DNA from: Candidatus Omnitrophota bacterium | GTDB lineage: Bacteria; Omnitrophota; Gorgyraeia; Zapsychrales; Fredricksoniimonadaceae | Reading direction: 5' to 3' | Assembly (NCBI GenBank): GCA_015233145.1 | Contig: JADFYI010000002.1 | Span: 120,858 to 184,857 of the forward strand | Length of the DNA stretch: 64,000 nucleotides | Shown here: positions 60,427 to 64,000 of the stretch, piece by piece | How the letters are laid out: each line of letters begins with the position of its first letter | How positions within the stretch are numbered: the stretch's first letter is position 1 | Position numbers and translations under genes: made by a program | Notes under the pieces: generated by a model | What the model saw: the letters and a program-made list of their open reading frames with translations, nothing else | Told to the model about the DNA's origin: nothing | Databases searched by the model: none

Positions 60427-61274
60427 CCCATCAGCTCCAGTGTCATATCAATGGCCTTGCGAGAATGTGTCAGTGATCCGACGGAAATCCGGTCAACCCC
60501 GGTTGCCGCGATTTTCTTGACGTTCTCAAGCGTAATGCCTCCTGAGGCCTCCAAAAGGGGCGGCTTGTTCGGGCAGCATTTTCGTGTCATGACCACAGCT
60601 TTTTTCAGTTCCAGCGGGGTCATGTTATCCAAAAGCACCATTTCAGGATGGGCTTTTAACACCTCTTCCAGTTCCCACAAATGATCCACTTCGATTTCAA
60701 TCTTTTTATGGGTCTTTATGTGCAGCCTGCGGACAGTCTCTGATAATTTTTCCTTTTCGCGTGAAATGACCCGGTGATTGTCCTTTAAAAGGACCATATC
60801 ATGCAAATTAAACCTGTGATTGACGCCCCCGCCGCAACGCACAGCGTAACGCTCAATAGGCCGGGCACACGGGGTTGTTTTACGGGTATCAAGAATCTTG
60901 ACCGGGTAAGGCTTCACAGCTTCCGTAAAAAAATGCGTTCTTGTGGCAATCGCAGACAAGTAGCTTAAAAAATTCAAGGCCACCCGCTCGCCGGTTAAAA
61001 TAGCGCGCGTTTTCCCGTTGAGGGTAATCAATGACGCGCCTTTTTTCACCTTGTCGCCGTCTTTAAAATGAGCCATAAACTCCATTTTAGGGTCCAGCAA
61101 AGAAAAAACCTCATGGGCAAACGCCATCCCGCACAAGACCACGTCTTCTCGCGTAAGAATAACGCCCTTGCTCTTGTGGGAAGAGCCGACCACCAGGGTG
61201 GTTGTGATGTCGCCTGCGCCGATATCTTCTTTAAGCGCGGCAAGGACTGTTTTTTTAATCTCTTCGTGGTGCAT
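60423..61274 (-). CDS. nadC: nicotinate-nucleotide pyrophosphorylase (carboxylating)
   Basis: 283 aa with LKEDIGAGDITT and full-length NadC similarity. Confidence 0.94.
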   Translation of the reverse strand: MHHEEIKKTVLAALKEDIGAGDITTTLVVGSSHKSKGVILTREDVVLCGMAFAHEVFSLLDPKMEFMAHFKDGDKVKKGASLITLNGKTRAILTGERVALNFLSYLSAIATRTHFFTEAVKPYPVKILDTRKTTPCARPIERYAVRCGGGVNHRFNLHDMVLLKDNHRVISREKEKLSETVRRLHIKTHKKIEIEVDHLWELEEVLKAHPEMVLLDNMTPLELKKAVVMTRKCCPNKPPLLEASGGITLENVKKIAATGVDRISVGSLTHSRKAIDMTLELMG

Positions 61275-61285
61275 ATAAGTAGTTG

Positions 61286-61314
61286 ATTATAATATCAGAA
61301 AAAAAGCGTTTCAA
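61286..61314 (-). promoter_or_regulatory. near-consensus sigma70 promoter of nadC (very short 5' UTR)
   Basis: Minus strand TTGAAA (61314..61309), a 17 nt spacer, TATAAT (61291..61286), then 11 nt to ATG 61274 with no SD. Confidence 0.5.
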
Positions 61315-61339
61315 TCATTATATCCAAAAAACACAAACC

Positions 61340-61801
61340 TTATGTCCCGGCGGGAGGAACTTTTAAATTAATTTCAAAAGAAACCCGAATATAGTCCTGG
61401 GGCAAATGGCAATCATGGGCCCCCTTGATCACGGCGGCAATGTATTCGTGAGACGGCGCGCCCTCGGGATGAGGCTCACGGGTATAGACCCAGGCCTGAA
61501 TTTTATCCTTCCGGCCTCTTAAATCCACATTAACCTGGCGGCGTTGATAAAAACGGGGATACCCTTCATACCCATCTAGGACTTTTAACTGGCTTTCAGA
61601 AATTTCAAATAACCCTCCCCAAACCTCGTCATCCCGGGAAGGCAAAATGTTCGCCACAGCCCCGCGCCAATGCGTGGAATAACCGTCAAACACAAGCCAA
61701 TAGCCAGTCAACCGCGCCGGGCCGACAAATATCGCACCGGGACACCGTTCTTTAAGCATCTGGTTATGGTCCATGTTAGAGCCATAAGCAAAATAAAACA
61801 T
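61340..61801 (-). CDS. gamma-glutamylcyclotransferase (AIG2/GGCT-like) family protein
   Basis: 153 aa with FYFAYGSNM and LDGYEGYP. Confidence 0.85.
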   Translation of the reverse strand: MFYFAYGSNMDHNQMLKERCPGAIFVGPARLTGYWLVFDGYSTHWRGAVANILPSRDDEVWGGLFEISESQLKVLDGYEGYPRFYQRRQVNVDLRGRKDKIQAWVYTREPHPEGAPSHEYIAAVIKGAHDCHLPQDYIRVSFEINLKVPPAGT

Positions 61802-61894
61802 AACTTTTCCACCATCACTTTAGGAATGTTTTTTAAATTATAACTTATAATTTCTTAAAACCAACAACGGAAAAAAATACTTTTAACAAGCCGT

Positions 61895-62944
61895 TTAATC
61901 TGTAAAAACACCTTTTAAGCGCAAGTCAGTATCCATCATCCGCTCCAAATCAGGAACCTGGTCTTTTTCAGAAAGGACCGTATAAAAATCAGACTTAATG
62001 GTAGGAGCCATTTTAAAGGCCTCAATCCATTCTGCCTTCACAAAAGGATCATCCTTAACAGCCTTCCAGAAATCAGTCCTGTCAAAAAGCCCGGCAATCC
62101 TCTCCGTGCCCCGGCCCTGCAACTGGCTGACCATATAGGTCGCAACCCCGACCTGCAGGCCATGCAAACGCGGCTTTTCACACACCAGGTCAAGGGCATG
62201 GGAAATCAAATGTTCGCTTCCGCTCGCCGGACGCGACGACCCGCAGATTTCCATCGCGATCCCGTTTAACATGAGCGCAGTTCCCAGAAGGCGGATACCC
62301 TCGAGATCATGATCCGGTTTAGCCATCAGCTGAAAAACCGTGGCATCCGACAAAAGCGCTGCAAAATCATCCACCTGGGTTCCTTTGATTTTATATGCCA
62401 GCTTCCAGTCGTAAATGGCTGTAATTTTCGCCACAGAATCCCCGATTCCGGCGAGCCAGAGTATCCGCGGGGCTTTAAGGCATACCTCGGTATCAATCAC
62501 AATACCGTAAGGCATGGCCGCAGGGTAACTGTGTTTTTGGCCCTGAAAATCCAGGCTGGACTGCGGAGAGCAAAAACCGTCATTGGAAAGGGCTGTGGGA
62601 ACCGCAATATAAGGCAGCTGCATTAAAAAAGCCACATACTTGGCCACATCCAAAGCCTTTCCGCCGCCAAAAGCAATAATCACGTCAGTTTTCTTCGGGA
62701 TGGACTGAAAAATTTCCTGGGCCCGTTCAAAGCTTGAGGCAGACACTTCCACCTCAGAGATGATATCCGCCCCTTGCGTGCGGAGGGAACGCTTCACACG
62801 TTCCACGAGCCCCGAATCAAGTTCCTGGCTGAAAATAAGAACAACCCTCATCAACCGGCTTCGTTCCACATAAACTCCCAGGCGGTCTAAAGCGCCGGGC
62901 TTAATGCGGACCAGCGTTGGAATAATAATGGAGGTGTTTCTCAT
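61895..62944 (-). CDS. egsA: sn-glycerol-1-phosphate dehydrogenase (archaeal EgsA / bacterial AraM family)
   Basis: 349 aa. Four blocks match archaeal G1PDH as I recall it (M. jannaschii): GGGKALDVAKYVAFLMQLPYIAVPTALSNDGFCSP, IGDSVAKITAIYDWKLAYK, SSRPASGSEHLISHALD and LHGLQVGVAT. Confidence 0.85.
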   Translation of the reverse strand: MRNTSIIIPTLVRIKPGALDRLGVYVERSRLMRVVLIFSQELDSGLVERVKRSLRTQGADIISEVEVSASSFERAQEIFQSIPKKTDVIIAFGGGKALDVAKYVAFLMQLPYIAVPTALSNDGFCSPQSSLDFQGQKHSYPAAMPYGIVIDTEVCLKAPRILWLAGIGDSVAKITAIYDWKLAYKIKGTQVDDFAALLSDATVFQLMAKPDHDLEGIRLLGTALMLNGIAMEICGSSRPASGSEHLISHALDLVCEKPRLHGLQVGVATYMVSQLQGRGTERIAGLFDRTDFWKAVKDDPFVKAEWIEAFKMAPTIKSDFYTVLSEKDQVPDLERMMDTDLRLKGVFTD

Positions 62945-63627
62945 GGATTCCTGTCCTCTTTCAAAAGCGCCCGGGCAACTTCATCCCAGTGGTCAAAGGG
63001 AACAAAGCTTTCGCCAATCTCATGAAGTTTCTTGGCAAGCCAGCTTTTGGCAAAACGGCGCTCCGGGGAAACCAAAAGCGCAGGTGCCAAATCCGGCCGG
63101 CCATCGCCAGCAAAAGCCACCTTGGCTGATCTTTGGAGCGCATCCTTAACGACAAAAACCTTGTTCACGCCCAAATCCGCAGAGAAAAAAGGCGAGGCTT
63201 CGGGCAAACGCATCACAAGGCCTTTCTGAGAAGAAAACTCGCCGGGGTTCGCGTGTACCGTGATATCAACGTGGCTATTTTTCAAAAGCCGGCGGATATA
63301 CCAATCGCATCCGGCAGAGGCCACAACCACAGACCAGCCCTTTGCGGAAAGATCTTTAACCGCATCTGCCAGTTTAGGTTCAATCTGCATGCTGTTAACA
63401 ATTTCTAAAATATCGTGTTCACTCGCCCGTATCCCTCCAAAAATAAGCCGTAGCGCTTCAAAATGGGTCAATTCGCCTTGTTCATACCGCGGCCAGAAAT
63501 CTCCGGCAATTTGAGGAAACGCCTGACAAACAAGGTCATAAAAATCAAACCGCGTCATGGTGCCGTCAAAATCAGTTACTAATATCCCGGCCTTTGAGTC
63601 TTTAGACAATACACTTTCTTTATCCAT
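62941..63627 (-). CDS. HAD-IB family phosphatase (MtnX/PSP-like)
   Basis: 228 aa with motif I VTDFDGTMT and motif IV FAGDGRPD. It has a 4 nt overlap with the G1PDH gene. Confidence 0.8.
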   Translation of the reverse strand: MDKESVLSKDSKAGILVTDFDGTMTRFDFYDLVCQAFPQIAGDFWPRYEQGELTHFEALRLIFGGIRASEHDILEIVNSMQIEPKLADAVKDLSAKGWSVVVASAGCDWYIRRLLKNSHVDITVHANPGEFSSQKGLVMRLPEASPFFSADLGVNKVFVVKDALQRSAKVAFAGDGRPDLAPALLVSPERRFAKSWLAKKLHEIGESFVPFDHWDEVARALLKEDRNP

Positions 63628-63679
63628 AAATTTATTCTAGCAATTCTTTCAATTATTAGTATAAAGCAATGAAAAACAA

Positions 63680-64000
63680 TTACAGGCCTGTCTTTTTTCT
63701 TGACGGCACCCCAGCAAGAAAGACCGCCACAAAAAGAACCTCTGCAATCAAAGACGTAATTCCCAAAGGCTCGAGCCAAGCCTCTGGTTCGGCCGGGATG
63801 AACGGCAAGCCTACGGTCCGGCTGGCCACATACCCCATAAATGCACCCACAGCAATCATCAGCCCCCAATACCATCCCCAGGCGTGCCTGCGAAAAATAC
63901 CAACAGCAGATACCAATGCCGCGGCGCCATTGCCATAAAAAAGCCACCCTTTATAGGCGGCATCATGAAAACTGTCCGGCGCATCAATCACATGAATGAT
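63680..64000 (-). CDS. small integral membrane protein, N-terminus possibly beyond the window
   Basis: The track ORF 63680..63991 starts at GTG, but the frame stays open to position 64000. It has three hydrophobic segments. Confidence 0.5.
   Translation of the reverse strand: MIHVIDAPDSFHDAAYKGWLFYGNGAAALVSAVGIFRRHAWGWYWGLMIAVGAFMGYVASRTVGLPFIPAEPEAWLEPLGITSLIAEVLFVAVFLAGVPSRKKTGL

Overview
This 64 kb window is a gene-dense bacterial chromosomal segment of about 70 CDS with no rRNA, tRNA, CRISPR array, transposase or integrase that I could recognise. All but 5 genes are on the minus strand, often with 1-16 nt stop/start overlaps, so most of the window reads as a few very long operons. In minus-strand transcription order (high to low coordinates) the content is: a partial membrane protein; a HAD phosphatase with an archaeal-type glycerol-1-phosphate dehydrogenase; GGCT; nadC with three envelope proteins and a cyclophilin; (plus strand: dusB and an ABC-2 exporter); mtaB; a TIR-like-domain protein with a CPA2 antiporter-EIIA fusion; an envelope glycan cluster (exported PIG-L deacetylase, DUF2062, 2 GNATs, GT-C ArnT/PMT-like, GIY-YIG, and a GT2 synthase with a PEGA protein); hldA-kdsB-kdsA-kdsD-kdsC-lptA-lptB; tig-clpP; serC-like-serA; purA; an OmpA-like/coiled-coil pair; uppS-cdsA-dxr-rseP-(cpaF-like ATPase)-proS; rimP-nusA-infB-trpS-scpA-ruvB-spoIID; (plus strand: XRE-cupin and a pseudo-receiver); spoVG; amtB-glnK; the complete F1Fo ATP synthase operon atpBEFHAGDC; a response regulator with an APH-like kinase; thiC; msrB; and a partial OYE flavin reductase. 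The Kdo/Lpt genes imply an LPS-type outer membrane. I cannot assign taxonomy from sequence alone.

The signals most worth a second look are non-coding:
- A promoter-to-terminator structured leader with a four-way-junction fold sits directly upstream of amtB-glnK. It leaves no room for a separate amtB promoter, so it is a candidate undescribed attenuator or riboswitch.
- A roughly 155 nt cluster of near-perfect helices lies just after spoVG.
- A 24 bp inverted-repeat element sits upstream of thiC, where I could not find a canonical TPP riboswitch.

The coding oddities are:
- a degenerate TIR-like protein 6 nt from a CPA2-EIIA transporter;
- an orphan CpaF ATPase inside a housekeeping array;
- a bacterial G1P dehydrogenase;
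- domain-minimised Tig, ProRS and ATP synthase epsilon.

All helix and promoter coordinates were derived by hand from the sequence and need computational confirmation.
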